Positions 1 to 15,500 of a stretch of 64,000 nt of DNA are shown in pieces (position 1 is the stretch's first letter; each line of letters opens with the position of its first letter). A model generated the notes under the pieces. The model ran no database searches. It saw only the letters and a list, made by a program, of their open reading frames with translations, and was not told where the DNA came from. Made by a program: the position numbers and the translations under genes. Source of the stretch: Chrysomallon squamiferum. Taxonomy: Eukaryota > Animalia > Mollusca. Location: assembly GCA_012295275.1 (NCBI GenBank), contig CM022671.1, positions 17,794,001 to 17,858,000 on the forward strand, written 5' to 3'.

Positions 1-2423
1 AACCTGCTCTATGAACGAAGTTCCATATTTTTTAAAATACCACCATTCAAAAATCTGGAAAAAGAAAAGAAGTGTTATGGAATGCGTTATTATTTTTTCT
101 ACTTTATTATCATTACTTTAAGCTAGACTGCAGCTCTTTTTTCTTTAATATGCCCATTAGCCAAAGCAGAATTTATTTGTACATAAAACTTCTATAAAAT
201 AAAGTTTATCAATCCCTGTGTAAGAATCATAGTGTGTCTTTCTGTAAAGCAGGTTCTTATTTTTATTTATTTTTTTTTTTAAATAATATTAATTAAAATT
301 ACAAAATATTTTAATTAAACAAATAATAACAGTACTAATGCTTTTTCTACAACTAATAACTATCATGGCAATAATCTTGGTTACAGAATAAAAGTACTTG
401 TATTAGTAAGTGGTTAACAAGAAGGTAACAAAAATCAATACATTCAGAAATTAAAACTTCAATTACAGTTATGAAAAATATGTTTTATTTGTCTAAAATA
501 AAATGAAATGAAAAATGAAAAAAAAAAGAAGAAGAAATGTATTTTAGAATTTAAAAAAAAAAAAAAAAATATATAAAATTCCCAATGAAACTATTTAAAA
601 CAAACCCCACAGAAAAAGAAAATTTATATTATATGCATGCCACAATGTGTTCTACAAAAAAGTAGAATGTTTTGTAATTACTGATACATGTAATTTTAAA
701 GACAGTTTTATTTGTTTTTGAACCAGAAATCAATACTGGCAATATGACACCACATTTATTAACTTTTCCTTACAGAAATCTGTGATGGCCTAAGATGGTC
801 TTAGAGTGGTTATTAAATTTATGGAAGTTCTTTTAAATAATACTTTGCAAAATATAATGAATATATATCCTTTAAAACATCAACCAAAAAACCCCCACAG
901 ATACAGCATTAGCCAATTACCATGGTGATAGTGACGCAAAGTTTGCCAGCTGCTAATTTGAGACTCGCCATTACGCAAGTTATTTTTTAACCAAAACCCA
1001 ATTTTTTTTTTTTTTCAGAAATGTAATTATGACTGATGATATACTGTAAAAGATGAATAAAAATAACCTAAAAAAAAAAATTATCCAAAAACATTCACAT
1101 ACATACACAAATTGACTAAAATGTAAAGTGAGTGCTATAAAGAGATAATGAAAAAAGTTATTTTTATTAATTGGTTTTATAAGCCATTAACTGAAGAACT
1201 TTCAGAAAAGAACTATAGAATAAGTGGGTTGTTTTTAAATCCTATTAATAAACTCTTTAACCAAAATCCAAATTTCTCTTTTTTATACTGAACAAATATA
1301 AAAGCATTTTAAAAAAAGTAATAATAAAATAATTTTTAAAAATATTTTTTTTTTTTTAATGATTTGGTATCTATGTCTATTAGGGCATAATTATTTGCAT
1401 TTTATCTGTTTTTGTATGTATTTAAACATCTACATAAGTTTATATGTGTAGTTGTATGCACATACTGTGTGTGTGTGTGTGTGGGTGTGTGTGTGTGTGA
1501 ATACATGTATATAAATATTTTATATACACTTATGTCAGAGTGTTTATGCACTTGTGGCTGTATCCATATATACACATCAATTTTGTCACCAAATCACCAC
1601 AAAAAAAAAAAAATATATATAATAATAATAATATTCCATCAGAGGTAAATATTTGGAAATGTTGAAACTAATTTTCACAGTAACAACACCATAAATAACA
1701 CTGCTCTGTTCAGTTTGGATGTCATTACATGAAATAGTGATGCATGTAAGAAGTGTTAGGCAAACATCAACGTTGAAGACGTCGTCATAATTTATAAGAG
1801 TAATAGAAAGATATCATGTTGATCTGTCGACCACGATCAAACATTTATAGAGCTGATTAAATGTGTATTGATCCAGTAAATGATACTGCAGGATGAACAA
1901 GCAGTGATATGAAAAGAGGAAGGACACTAATGGGAAACATAATAGAGGATGAAGCCAGTCTTGTACAAACCACTGTCTCGCCACCTCTAATTGTCTACAC
2001 AATCCAAACCAATCAAACTTACTGGTACCAGTAGCCATGGCAACTATTTATGATTCCATGATTATTTCCTTTCAGTGGAGATTTATATATATATATATAT
2101 ATATATAAAGATGAGAGACACTACTTACACAGAATGAATTTTTATATACAAAGTTTTTAAAACCCACAATAATTACAAAAATTTGTCTGTGTGTGTGTGT
2201 GTGTGTATTCTACTATATTTATTTAATGTACAAAGATTTATTATAAAGTATAATGAAATGTATTGCATCATGGTTTTTCTCCCAGCACTGAAGAAAAAAA
2301 AATTATTATCTTATTTTCAGTAGCACAATAATCCAGCCTGAAGTTGGTGACCATCAATACATGCATAATTGCATGCCTGAATGAGTGTATATTTCATATA
2401 TATATATATATATGTGCATGCAT

Positions 2424-2471
<48 letters not shown>

Positions 2472-5400
2472 AAAAAAGATAAACCACTATAAAAGATATA
2501 GTTGAGTAAATATACATAATTAATATAAACTATGGATTTGTTTTGAAACACAACTAATCACAAGAGTAACAAAGGAAGCTGGTAATCTTGTCAAAGGACC
2601 AGGGATAGACCAGCATCATGGTGCAATAACAAAATGTGTGATGAAAAATATTGATTTTCTCACAACAGATACAAATTTGGAAAACTGCATATCAGTAGGT
2701 GGTTACAGAACACAGATTCCATTTTCAAGATTACTGAAAAATATGCTTTCCATTGCTATTAAGCGAGATCAGCTAATTATTCTGTCTTTTAAAAAATGTT
2801 TACTTTAATTCAGTTTAATGGACACATACACATACCGGAAAATAGGCAGACACACAGACAGACATTAAGTAAAGCACCAAAAACTCATACAAATATAGAT
2901 ATATATTAATTAACAAAGCCACTGTATGTTATCACACACATATATATATATATATATAAACATTTGTTATTTATTTACTTATTTATTTAATATAAATCTA
3001 CAGCCAGATAAGTCATTTTTAGCTTGAAAATATGTAATCCTTTCTTTAAACATACATGGAAATTATGTAATCCTTTCTTTAAACATACATGTTTTTGACA
3101 ATGGTTTAGAAGTCAAAATCTGATTTGGTTTTCTAATTATTTTGTTTTACAGGTTTTAGTTACTGTTGCAATTAATAACAAAACAGTAATAATATAAAAA
3201 ATACAACATATAATCTAATCTAAGAGATTTGTCCATGAAATTATTGCTTTTCTTAATTATTATTGGCAAAACAATTAAGTACACAAGACTAAATTCTGAA
3301 ATATCCAATAATGTTATTATACTAATAAGTAATATACTTACAGCATGAGAACCTTTATTAAGCAGGCAATCAATATAGCTTAATAATAATAATCATAAAA
3401 AGAAATATTTTCATTTACCTAATGGATAATGTGCTTTGACAACAACTAATAAATAGGGATAAAGTATTTTAAGTATTTTATCAAAACAAATTAAATCTAA
3501 GACCAAAATGAACTAGAAAGATCTAAAAATAATAATTTAAAAAATACAGTTTTTCTGAAAAGATAAAAAATATGGGAATTTTTGTAAAAATAATTTGTAT
3601 GACTATTCCAATAAACTAATAACAACAATTATAACATTTATTGTTGTTGTTGTTGTTGTTATTATTATTATAATTATTATTAGCTTCTATTATCAGGATA
3701 AAAACAATTTAGATCAATTGCTCAGAAAATAATTACTTGAAAAAATAAATAAAATATCAAACCAATGGTGGAAATATTGGTTTAGAAGTAGTTCAAACTC
3801 AGTAGATATTGAATACTTGTTCTGCACTCAAACTTCCAGTACAGTGATTGGTTATATTTTTATGTTGAAGCCAGTGACACCCACAGGTCTGGTTATTGTT
3901 AGCTACATGGTTTCATTGACAACAATATACAATAAAACCTACACTACATTTTTAAATTCTGAAACTTCTGAAGATCTTTAAACTTCATTTTACAAAAATT
4001 AAATTAAATAAATAAAAACATAATAACAGTATAATAATAGTAATAATAATAAAAATAATAACAACAACAACTGTAACAATATTATTAATAATGATGATGA
4101 TGATGATGATATAATAATAACTACAATATTATTGATAATGATAATAATAATAGTAGTAATAATAATAATAATATATATGATATTATGCTCTAAAGACTGA
4201 AGTCCGGATATTTTATCAATTATATATATATAACTTTATAAGCAATAAAAACCTGAACAATGGTTGAAAAATAATTTGTAATGATTTAAACTACCATGGT
4301 GTTACTGCAAGAAGTAAATAAATATTTTATTATATACAATTTTTTTAATAAAAATAAGTATTTATTTCAGTAGCTATACAAGCTGTAAAACATTAAACAC
4401 ATGTTAAATTATTTTATATTGGTTCATAAACAGCAAAAAAATAATAAATAATAAACACACACAGACACATATAAAATAAACTGAAAAAGAAAAAATTGAA
4501 TCAAGCTCAGGAAAAAAAAAAATCAACAAGAAAATAAAAAGAATAGAAAAAAAGCAATCTAAAATAAAATGGTTCATATGATCATAACAAACAAGAAACC
4601 TGAAGAAAAATGAAAAAAGAGAAAAAATAAAACTTCCCAGCATAACAGTAAAGACATTTTCATTAAGCAGTGAAATTAAATGTAAGCCTCTTGACACTAA
4701 ATCCAGCTCAGAAAAATTGCTTGTGAAAATTTTAATTTTGTTTGTAAGCTTCCCACACTCTTAATTCTTACAGCCGTATTTATTAACTATGACATTCTGG
4801 ACATAACACGCTTACGTTAATTAGCACACAACAAGAAAATCTCTATAACAGAAATGCCAGAGACAAAATAAGAAACAAAAGGTGATTCAAATAACAAAGG
4901 GTATGAACAAAGTGTCCTCAGGCCACGGAGTCATGTTGAGATGCTAATGGAAAAATGTCTCAAACAACAATCTCCATGCCATCTGAAATAACGGAATACA
5001 TGGCTAATTTGGATGAAGAAGAAATGGGTTCTTACTGTTGGCAGTGGTTTTGACATCATTCTTGTAGCTAATGTAAAACCATACCCTGGTTCAGTATTAT
5101 TTTGTAAGAAAACTGATGTTTTTAATGATGTTTTAATATATTAAATTAAGCTAATTAGCTAAAAAAAAGTACATAAAGGTTTTATAGTGGTTTAGAAATC
5201 ATCAGCACTGTAATCTGGTCCAGAATGATTCTGCAGAATAAACTGTAGAGATTTAAGGTTAATAAACTGGTATTTATAATGTAGCTTTAATATACTAAAT
5301 TAAGCTAACTAGAAAAGAAAAACTACATTAAAGTATTACAGTGGTTTCATCCTGATAACTAACAGAGAACCTGGTTCAATACATTTTTGAAGAATAAACT

Positions 5401-7090
5401 GTAGAGATTTAAGGTTAAATAATTGGGTTTTTTAATACACTACATCAAGGTAACTAGAAAAAAAATATACATTACAGTATTGCAGTGGCTTAGACATCAT
5501 CCTGGTATCTAACACACAATTGTACTCTGGTTTAATACATTTTTGTAGACACTGAAGAAATTTAAAGTTAACAAATTCCTATTTATAATGATGTTTTAAT
5601 ACACTAAATTAAGCTATCTAGAATTAAGCTGTAGTTTAAATCATCCTTATGGCAGAGAAAGAACTGTATCCAGGCACAGAATGATTTTGCAGAGTAAACT
5701 GTGGTGGTTTGAGGTTAATAAACTGATGTTTATAATATTTTTTTACTACACTAAATTAACCTGTCTAGGAAACATGAAATTCTAGAGAAGTCCAAGACAC
5801 ATTTTTTTTTTGCAATGGCTACAGCTAATTTTTCAAATCTGACTGAATATGGGAGACCATATCAAAAATAAGACATACAGCAAATCAGAAAAATAGTCAC
5901 GACATATATAATTACCAAAATGTGTATCAAAAAAAAAAAAAATATATATATATATTCTATTCATTTATTGATTTAAGCACTAGTTTCATATGTAAAGACA
6001 TCCTCAAACTTTTGCTTAAAGTAGACAATTATTATTTTACAACACTAGAAGCATTTAAAGAAGTCAGAAACCTTTTTTTTTTTTCTTTTTTTTTTTTTCA
6101 TAATTTAAAAACATCTTGGTTGACAGGACAAGATACACAAGAAAAACTACAGAAAAGAGTTGTGACAGTATGAATGCAACAGTGGAGAGACTTAACATTT
6201 CTTCAAACAGAAATCAATAAGAGCATGTTCTTTTTGGAACTAGTTCATGATTTAAAACACCAAGATAGATACACAACTCTTTGCAGTCTGCCTCAAGTTC
6301 AATTCAACAACAGCAATTTGTTAGAGATAATCTCATAAAAAGCATGAATGTCTCTCTTGCTAAGCAGAGATGATAGAGAAATATTGATTCTATGCATCAC
6401 AAGCAAAAGCAGTTTCAGCAGAAAATCTCTCATCTCTTCCAGCTAGTTTCACACGATGACTAATTATTGTTGATGGAAAAAAAAATATTAAAAAATAGTT
6501 AATGAAACATTTTTTTTTTTTTTTTTTTTATTAAAGGATTTATTATTATGCAGTGTCTTCAAAAAGATTAGAAACTAAATAGAGGTGAATAGTTTTTTGT
6601 CAAAAGTCTTTTGTTAATGCTTTGTTTATGAATATTTTATAGTTTCCTAACCATGAATATACATAAACCCCTATTTATGTCATTTGCAATTTACATATCC
6701 ATATGTATAATCACAACAAAAGTACACATTAAATGAAAACGAGAAAGTAGTAATATTTAATCCAAAAAAAAAAAAAAAAATAATAACCAGCAAAAAATAA
6801 CTTCCAAATAACCTCAATTCCAATGTACATGTGGTCCATCAAAACATAACCTGGTCATATGTAGGACTCTGTCTATATACATTTTAATTTATTCAGCTTT
6901 AAATGTTTGGTTAGCATTAAATCACCTGATTTTGATATTCACACAACAAATGACAGAAATATATTTAGAATTATATTATCTAATTTTGGTTTTTAAATAT
7001 AAAAACTGTATAAATAACTTGTATGAAAGATTAATCACAATTTTAACCTTTTTGTTTTATTTATATTGTATTTTTATTTTTTATTATTAT

Positions 7091-7122
<32 letters not shown>

Positions 7123-7365
7123 CTGAATATGAATTGAGGAATAAACCAATGATTAAATTATTCTGATATTTCAATAAAAAAATAAATAAAAAAACAACTT
7201 CCCTATGGAATGGAAAAGCATCTCATTCTGAAGTAGTTATTAATCATCTGTCAGAAAAACTTTACTGTAATTTATCTTAAAATGTAAGTTCTGACTTCAG
7301 GCAGTGGAAAAGAGATTAAAATAAAAAAAAATATAAAACTTTTGATTTTGATAACAATACATTTG

Positions 7366-7417
<52 letters not shown>

Positions 7418-7458
7418 TATTATTATTATTATTATTGCATTTATTATTATTATTATTA

Positions 7459-7498
<40 letters not shown>

Positions 7499-8263
7499 AA
7501 GGAAATTCTGGCTTGAATATTGTTTAGTTCATCTATTGCAATCTAGCAAAAACCAAAGATATAAAGATACTATTTGTTTTTTTTGTTTTTTTTTTAAATT
7601 TTATAATATGATACAAACAGCTGTGATAAGTTTTATGTCACAAACAACTGTAGCAAGTTTCAAAGATGTAACACAGATTTAATATAATTTACAAACGCAT
7701 GTAATGTGTCAGCTTTCAAGAAAATGGAACAAAATCGTTTTATATTACAAACAGACACGGCAAATCATGTAACAAAAAAAATACAACAAGACATTTTATA
7801 TATAGATTTTGACAAGTCATATTTGATATGATAAACCATGTTATAACCAAGTATGTCACATGTTATAAACTGATGTGACAAGTGATATGTGAAATATGAC
7901 ATGCCACATTAGAACTACAGGTGATATATGTGACATGTCATGATACAAAGAAGTGTTACAAGTTATGACACATAAATGTGAATAGTCATATGTTAGTTAT
8001 GAAGAGCCACGTTTTAACTGCTTTAAGCTATAATCAGATATACCTGAGGTGGCAAATCATATTTCACAAACAGAATATGACACTTGACAATTTATACTGC
8101 AGCAATTAGATAACAGTATATCAGTATCAAAATATTACAAACAGTTTATCAAAGAAATATGCTTCGGATATATCAATACAAATGCTACAGTTTACCAAGA
8201 AATATGCTATAAAAATATCAAGAATTGAAGAAATATTCAACAGATATTCAAGTAATATACTGC

Positions 8264-8301
<38 letters not shown>

Positions 8302-11300
8302 AAAATATGCTCCAGATATAAGACACATGCTGCAAATATATCTAGAAATGTTCTACAGATATATAAAGAAATATTATATGCTATAGGTATAAAAAATATG
8401 CTAGACACATCAAGAAACATTCTATGGATGTATCAAGAAATTGATACAACAAGTTAATGCTACACTGCTAACCAAACTACTGTCCAGTTAATATGTATCT
8501 ACTGGCAAATATTGATTATCTGCAGGTTTCATTTCCCCACACACTGTATAAAACAGTTGGATTATAATTATAGTTAGGGTTTTTTTGTTTTTTGTAGTTC
8601 ATTATTCCAATGTATCATTACAAAAACAGGATTAGAACCGGAAATTAATGCCATTTGTACTTTTTCTCCAAAAAGGATGTTCCCAAAATTAAACAGACAT
8701 AAAGAAATCTAGGTACTTCCTTTTTATATTTATTTTAGTAAAATGATAATGAACTTCAGCAGTACAAATGATTTAATTTTTTGTTGAAACTAAGTTGTAG
8801 ATAAATGTTTAGTATTTATATTGCATGATGAACTGATTTTATCAAATAATGAATATTTGGAGAATACATTACATAAATATTAAATTATATATTTTAGTTA
8901 TTTTACTTTTTAGATATCTATAAATAAATTTAATAATTCAAAATATATAAATAAAATAAAATAAAATAAAATAAAATAAAATAAAATAAAATAAAATAAA
9001 ATAAAATAAAATAAAATAAAATAAAATAAAATAAAAAAAAAAATAAAAATAAAAATAGAACAGAACAGAACAGAACAGAATAAAATAAAATATTATAAAA
9101 TTAAAAAAATTAAAATAAATACAACCCTAAAACTGATATGATTACTGTTGGTGACGCTGTGCCCATAAATTAAATTACTTATTAAATCAAAATTTAAAAA
9201 CCCAATAATACAAAAGCACATTAAAAAGTAAAATTGAGAAAAGCAACTAGTTTAATAAATCCAACACAATACAGGCTCAACATAATTCTTTTCAAATATG
9301 TAACTTTTACCCAAGAGATTTATAATACTTCCTGTTTTCCATTGAAATAAATGTCTAAAAAAAATGTATTTCAAAAAAAAAAAAAAAAAAAAAAAAGAAG
9401 AGAAAAATTGAATAGTTTTACTACAATGAAAAGCACTCACCAGAATAAGGCCTGATATAAGAGAGGATGTTCCAGTCAATGCCACATAAAATTTTGGTGT
9501 CAAAGTGTTCAGGAACATAGTTGCTGAAATATAAGAAATACGAAACACAGTTAGAAAGGAAAATAATAACAAAAATAATCATTATAATTTTTTTTTTAAA
9601 TTCATGCTTTCGAAGTGTACTTATCCCAGAATGAGTAAACAGTGCAATAAAATTGTTTATCATTTCAACTTATAAGTTTATCGTTTCAGACATTAAAAAA
9701 GTATGATAATAAAATAATACTGTTAATGTTAGTTCGAATGTTGCCACTGCACAAGCTGCAGACTGATAAATATGTTTTTCTGACAGATCTGATAATAAAA
9801 TCAAACTACTGTACCTAACGATTTGACAGCTACAGACAAACAGTGGAGTCAAGATAGTTTTAAATTGAACATTTTTGTTTTTAAACTTCATTATTAATAA
9901 AGATTGGATAGCGAAAAAAATAAATAAATAAATAAATACAATATGATATATATGATGTATAATACATGATGTATTATAAGACATGATACCACATGATATA
10001 ATAATTTAGAACAATGCAGAATAATGTCTTCTTATCATGAAAGGTTCACTTTAAATACTCATTTATCCTGTAATGTATTTCCCAATGTATGATATAAATT
10101 CCAAAATCTTTTAACCTCTGAATCATATTACAAAAGAAAATATAAAAAATCATATGATACAAACAGATGTAACAAATTACAAAATTTCTAAAACCATTAT
10201 CTTTATTTGTATCAAAATAAATTTAGCAAATTAATACCATTTTCCTGTTCCTGGGTAGGTTTGTTTTAGTATTTAAAATAAAATAACAATAACAGACTCT
10301 GTGCAGATTGTGTTACTAATAAAATACTTTATATATATAATGTTTTAATGCACAAGCTTCATTTTTGGATGTAATAATTTTAATAGTAATAAATATATGC
10401 ATCAAATATACATAAATAAAAACACTTTTTTTTTTTTCCAATGAGAATTATGTTTCAGTGACTTTTATTTAGATATGTTATATACATTTCTGGTTTTGTA
10501 TTATTGCTAGTGTTTCTAGTGAATGAGACTGATGTATATTTGATTTGATTTGTCCATTCAAGCAAAGAAACAACAGATTATCAAAAGCTTTAGTAACTAA
10601 GAACAAGAGTACATGAAAACTGTATGTATTGACTTGTTCAGAGTCTAGAAGTACATTATACAGATGAACTCAACTGCAGTTTTCATAATAATATGTCACA
10701 GTCCAGTGATTAACAGTGAGGAAAAAGAAATGTTACAGAACTGTACAGAGTAGGTTTTATTTTCACTTGAATTAATATAAACAGTATAGAGTGGGTTTTA
10801 TTTTCACTTGAATTAACAGAAAAACAACCTGGGAGATGAATTTTATTGTTGTTGTTTTTTTAAACTAGTTAATAAATCATACACGTGAACACAAATGTAT
10901 ATAGACACGCGAAAATACACATGCACACGTATCACAAACACAAAACATACACACATGCACCGTTCATTATCTGATAGCATTATGCTAGTCAACATTTAAG
11001 ATATAATTTTTTTTTTAAAGTTTAATTTTTAACCCAGAAAGATTACTGAATAAACTTTTATATTTACTACAAATTCCACAGAAATATAGACATGAAAGTA
11101 AATTACCTACTAAAATTCTTTAATGTATTTTGAATGCACTGTAAATGGTCACACAGTAGATATATTTTATTTGCTAATTAACGCATACATTTTAATATGA
11201 ATAATGAACCATAATGGTTTGACAGTAGATAAAAACTGTTTATCAATATTAATAGTAAATATATACAAGACACAGTAGCTATATGTACGAATAAAAATTA

Positions 11301-12448
11301 AATAAATAAATAAATAAACCATACCAATACTGAGTGAATAGTCATTAAAAATAAAATAAAAAGTATTATAATATATAAAGAGAAAAGTACAAAAATGCCA
11401 AGAGAAACATAATAATAAACCCTCAAGCAGGTAACGCAAATCAAATACAGTCTTCAAGAAATGTTCACACATATACTCACAGTCAAGCATGACGACAGAT
11501 AAAAATTTATCTCCAGTCTGTGAATGGAAAAAAAAAGAAAAAAAAAGCCAGTGAGTTATTTAACAAGACAGAAGCAGAGAACACTGATGCAAAGATGTTG
11601 GTAACAATGCGACCCAAAGGGACAGTGTGTTTCAAGGATCTGTCAAATCTGTGGTGTTGCTGCTGCACACAGATGCTTATGACCAGAAGACAAGCCTGCT
11701 ATTAAAAGGTTATTGGAACTACAAGGACACTGAGCTCAGCGAGAGTATTGATGTGTCCTCAACACTACACACAGGCAGGCAGGCAGGCAGACTTGGTTAG
11801 CTCAATAATTCCCAGACACAGTGAATAAAAATATAGAAAGCAGAGGCGTCAAATGCAAATCTGTCTTCATGACAAATATCAATTCTTTCACTCTCACTTT
11901 TTCTCGAAAGAAATGGAAGTAAAACTTAAAAGAAATTGTTCAGAGATAGTTGTATAGTGATTAAATCCTAGAAAAATCGTTTCAGTCATTTTGACCAAAC
12001 TTTAATTCACTCACGACATGCACTATTTTTGTATCTTGTATAAAGTCTCTCTGTGAGGTTCCAGTATAATAAGAACAGTGATAATCAGCTCATCACACTG
12101 TTCATTATGGCTAAATAATAATTCATGGTTATTAGATGTCAATGTAAAATTTTCTAATAATGAATTATAGGAGAAGAAAACTCCTGATGCCATTCTTATT
12201 GATTAGATTGTGGGATCTCAGACATTAGTCTAGTGACAGGAAAACATGGACCCTGGCAGGAATGGGAAATAAATGGATATAATGCATGAAAGTTTGATTC
12301 TAAAAATTTATATGAACAATAACATTAAGTTACATGCTATTCTATAACAAAAAGAAGAAAAAGAACAATAATAACAAGAATAACTTATCAACTCAATTTT
12401 ATAATAATAATAATAATCTAAACCTGTATTTTACAAATATTAATTCAA

Positions 12449-12514
<66 letters not shown>

Positions 12515-15500
12515 ATTTAAAGCTGACGCTGAGAAAAAGGTAAAATGAAACCATGATTATTCAGAAACAGAGAAATGACAACAATCTTTCTCAGTGGCAA
12601 GTGGGAGGAAATTTTGGCTGTTCTGTCCTAGACCATTACAGAAGTTGAAAGGAAAAAGAAAATCAATAGAGATCCCACAGGGAAAATTCTCTTTGAAGAT
12701 ACAGTGGCAGACTTTACGGTAATGGAACGCTAAGAGAGATTGCCAGTATCACAGACTGTCGAAAGGAACAGTTCAAACGACAATGGTTTTGAGTCAGGTT
12801 GAAGAGAACTTGAAAATAATCATTTAAAACATTGTTATCACTTATTAAGTTATTTGTAAAAAAAAAAAAAGGAATTTAATTTTAAAAATATAGTTAGTGA
12901 TGGTATGTATTCATTTGTTCCCAGGGTTATTTGATTGGTTAATAAATCAAAAGGTTCCCTCAAAGGTCAGTGATTTGAATATATTGAACATAATTAACAC
13001 TACTGATATCAGACAGATCAATCAGATGAAAGATGTGTCCATTGATGAGAGATGTCAGCAATGGTGGCACAATGAATAAACCATTAGTGTTAAGAGGACA
13101 ATCTTATCCAGATCTAACAGGTCATTTTTATTTTATTAATTCTTAACTTAATAACCCATACACTATTAAAAAAAAAAGAGTTCTGCCTGAAGAAGACCTG
13201 TTTATGCATATTTGACTGATTAATTAAATAAGCTATGTGATAAATGCTATGAGAAATTTTCAATAATTCAAGATCTAAATGCAATGATACAAGTAATTCA
13301 TTTATGCACATCCACAATGTTCTGATTGTAACTGTAATAATTTTTATGTCTAACAAAACTAAGGAAGGGTGGTATTACCATACCTATATTAATTTGGAAA
13401 ATTCAGATCATTGTTTCTTTATAGATATAGATATACATATATATATACACATACATACAATCTTAAATAATGTAATTAATAGATTTTTAAGACAATAGCT
13501 GCAAACATTTATATAAATGATTGGTCAATGATCTATTCATGTTTCTAAACTATTGTTTTTTGTTTTGTTAACGTATGTCTGCAAACATCAGTGTAAAGTT
13601 AAAACAACAAAAAGGAAAAAAAAAACTCCAAACAAAAAAAATGAAATAAAGCAACAAATAAACATTTCTTAATAGTTAATTGTCTATTATATCTGAACAT
13701 TTTGTTGTGTATTATAAAACAATCCTGCCCTACATTAATAAATTCTTAAATCATAAATATAAAAATAAATAAATAAATAACAATAATTCAGTTAAAAAGA
13801 ACTTTATAAGCTACAGAATAAAAAAAAGAGTAATAATTTTTTATGAAGATCTACTTATTATAAATGGTTTTTTACCTACACAAATATATCAAAATTTTTC
13901 TAAATCAACATTGTTTTAAACTATCAGATGACATTCATATAATACATTTTGTTTTCTGCACCCCAACCCTTTCTCTTTAACACACACACACACATTCTCT
14001 TTTGTTTTACATATATACATACATACCTACATATAATACACTTATCCCACACTAAACAAAACCAATAAACGTACACAATAAAGCACAGAACATGATGCAC
14101 ATGTAAAACTGTTTTCATGTTCATGCATATAACTTACTGTACATAATTTATTACCTATACAACCAATTTAGTGTTTCCATTCATTAACAGTGAACAGGTG
14201 TTTGGCTTATGTATACGAATTAATGAAATGTGTTTGCGTATGACAACGTTTGACATAACTATCAACTGTCGTTTCATTTCCACACTGATCAGAGTAATTA
14301 AATGAATGAAATATAGCTTTGATCAGAATATATTCGTTTCATATAACATGAATAAAATTAAAACAAAGCATTCTAACAATTAAAAACAAAACAGAAACAA
14401 AACAACAACAAAAAAATAGTAGCTAAAATTTCCTGTTATTGTTTTTGTGTTAAATCTTTCTGATTATAACTTTTAATGAAAAAAAAAAAACCAGATTAAA
14501 TTATTATCCAGTAGGGTTTTAAAAATTCATCAAATTCTTAATTAATTGGTTAAAAATATTTTTTTATTATTATTTTTTTTTTTTTTTTAAAATAAGCAAT
14601 ATAATATATATAAATAAACGTTTAAAAGTAGATTATATCTTTGGCAGAAAATAATAAAATTCTCTCAATGTCTTAAAACTCACACTCTACCGTTAACAAT
14701 TATCTTATAGATAAGAAATACCACTGGGATGTTTAAAACAAGTTATCTGACAGTTAATTCATATAGATAATAAATAATTATAAAACACAGAACTTGAAGA
14801 TATCATGAAAATTAATTCTAATAACTATTAGAAATCAATTTTTTAATACTCTTTATAACTGTTGTATTATAATTCTCACCTCTGTTCTTCAACATACAAC
14901 AAACCAAACAGACCAGCTTGAAGTAAATTGCATCTTATTAATAGTTCTTGATACTTATTATACAAGACAGGCATGTAATTGCAAGCTAAATATAGTCTGA
15001 ACTAGTTACTGTTCTGAGTACTCAGTCTTTTATTTTCATTTCTACTTGCTATTTGTTTTTTATCTACTATAGTAACTAACTGAAACATGAAAAGAAGAAA
15101 AGATAAATATCAAACATAGAAAATATTAAATATTATTAACAATAGTTTGTTTAGTCTTTGGTTCATTATATGTAATCTGATTACTTTAAAGAATGTTTTT
15201 TTTTTAACCACAAATAATTATAGAGCAAATCACTGAGATTTAAAAGTCAACAATATATGAAGATAAACATCCAAACATAAATCAACAGCAGTAAAAATAA
15301 TAATAATTAATTAATGAATTAATAAAAAAAGAAACCAATTTATTATCACAAAAAAATTATTTCCTAGCTATTCTATGTTTAACTGAAATATGTAACAAAT
15401 ATTTAAAATTGTTCACTTGTGACCTGTAACTGTTTATTGCAAAACAAAATAACGATATATTTATTTTTAAATAAATAATTATGATACCTAACCAGAAATC

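Noticed and set aside
1-260. Inverted match between ST7 exon 3 (1-12) and intron (~244-255) as an RNA-editing complementary sequence
   Set aside because: Only about 10 of 12 bp match, which is expected by chance.
1412-14124. Many 60-110 aa ORFs in the ORF track within ST7 introns
   Set aside because: Low-complexity translations of microsatellites and AT-rich DNA with no family motifs. Only the 9441-9523 portion of ORF 9252-9572 is a real exon.
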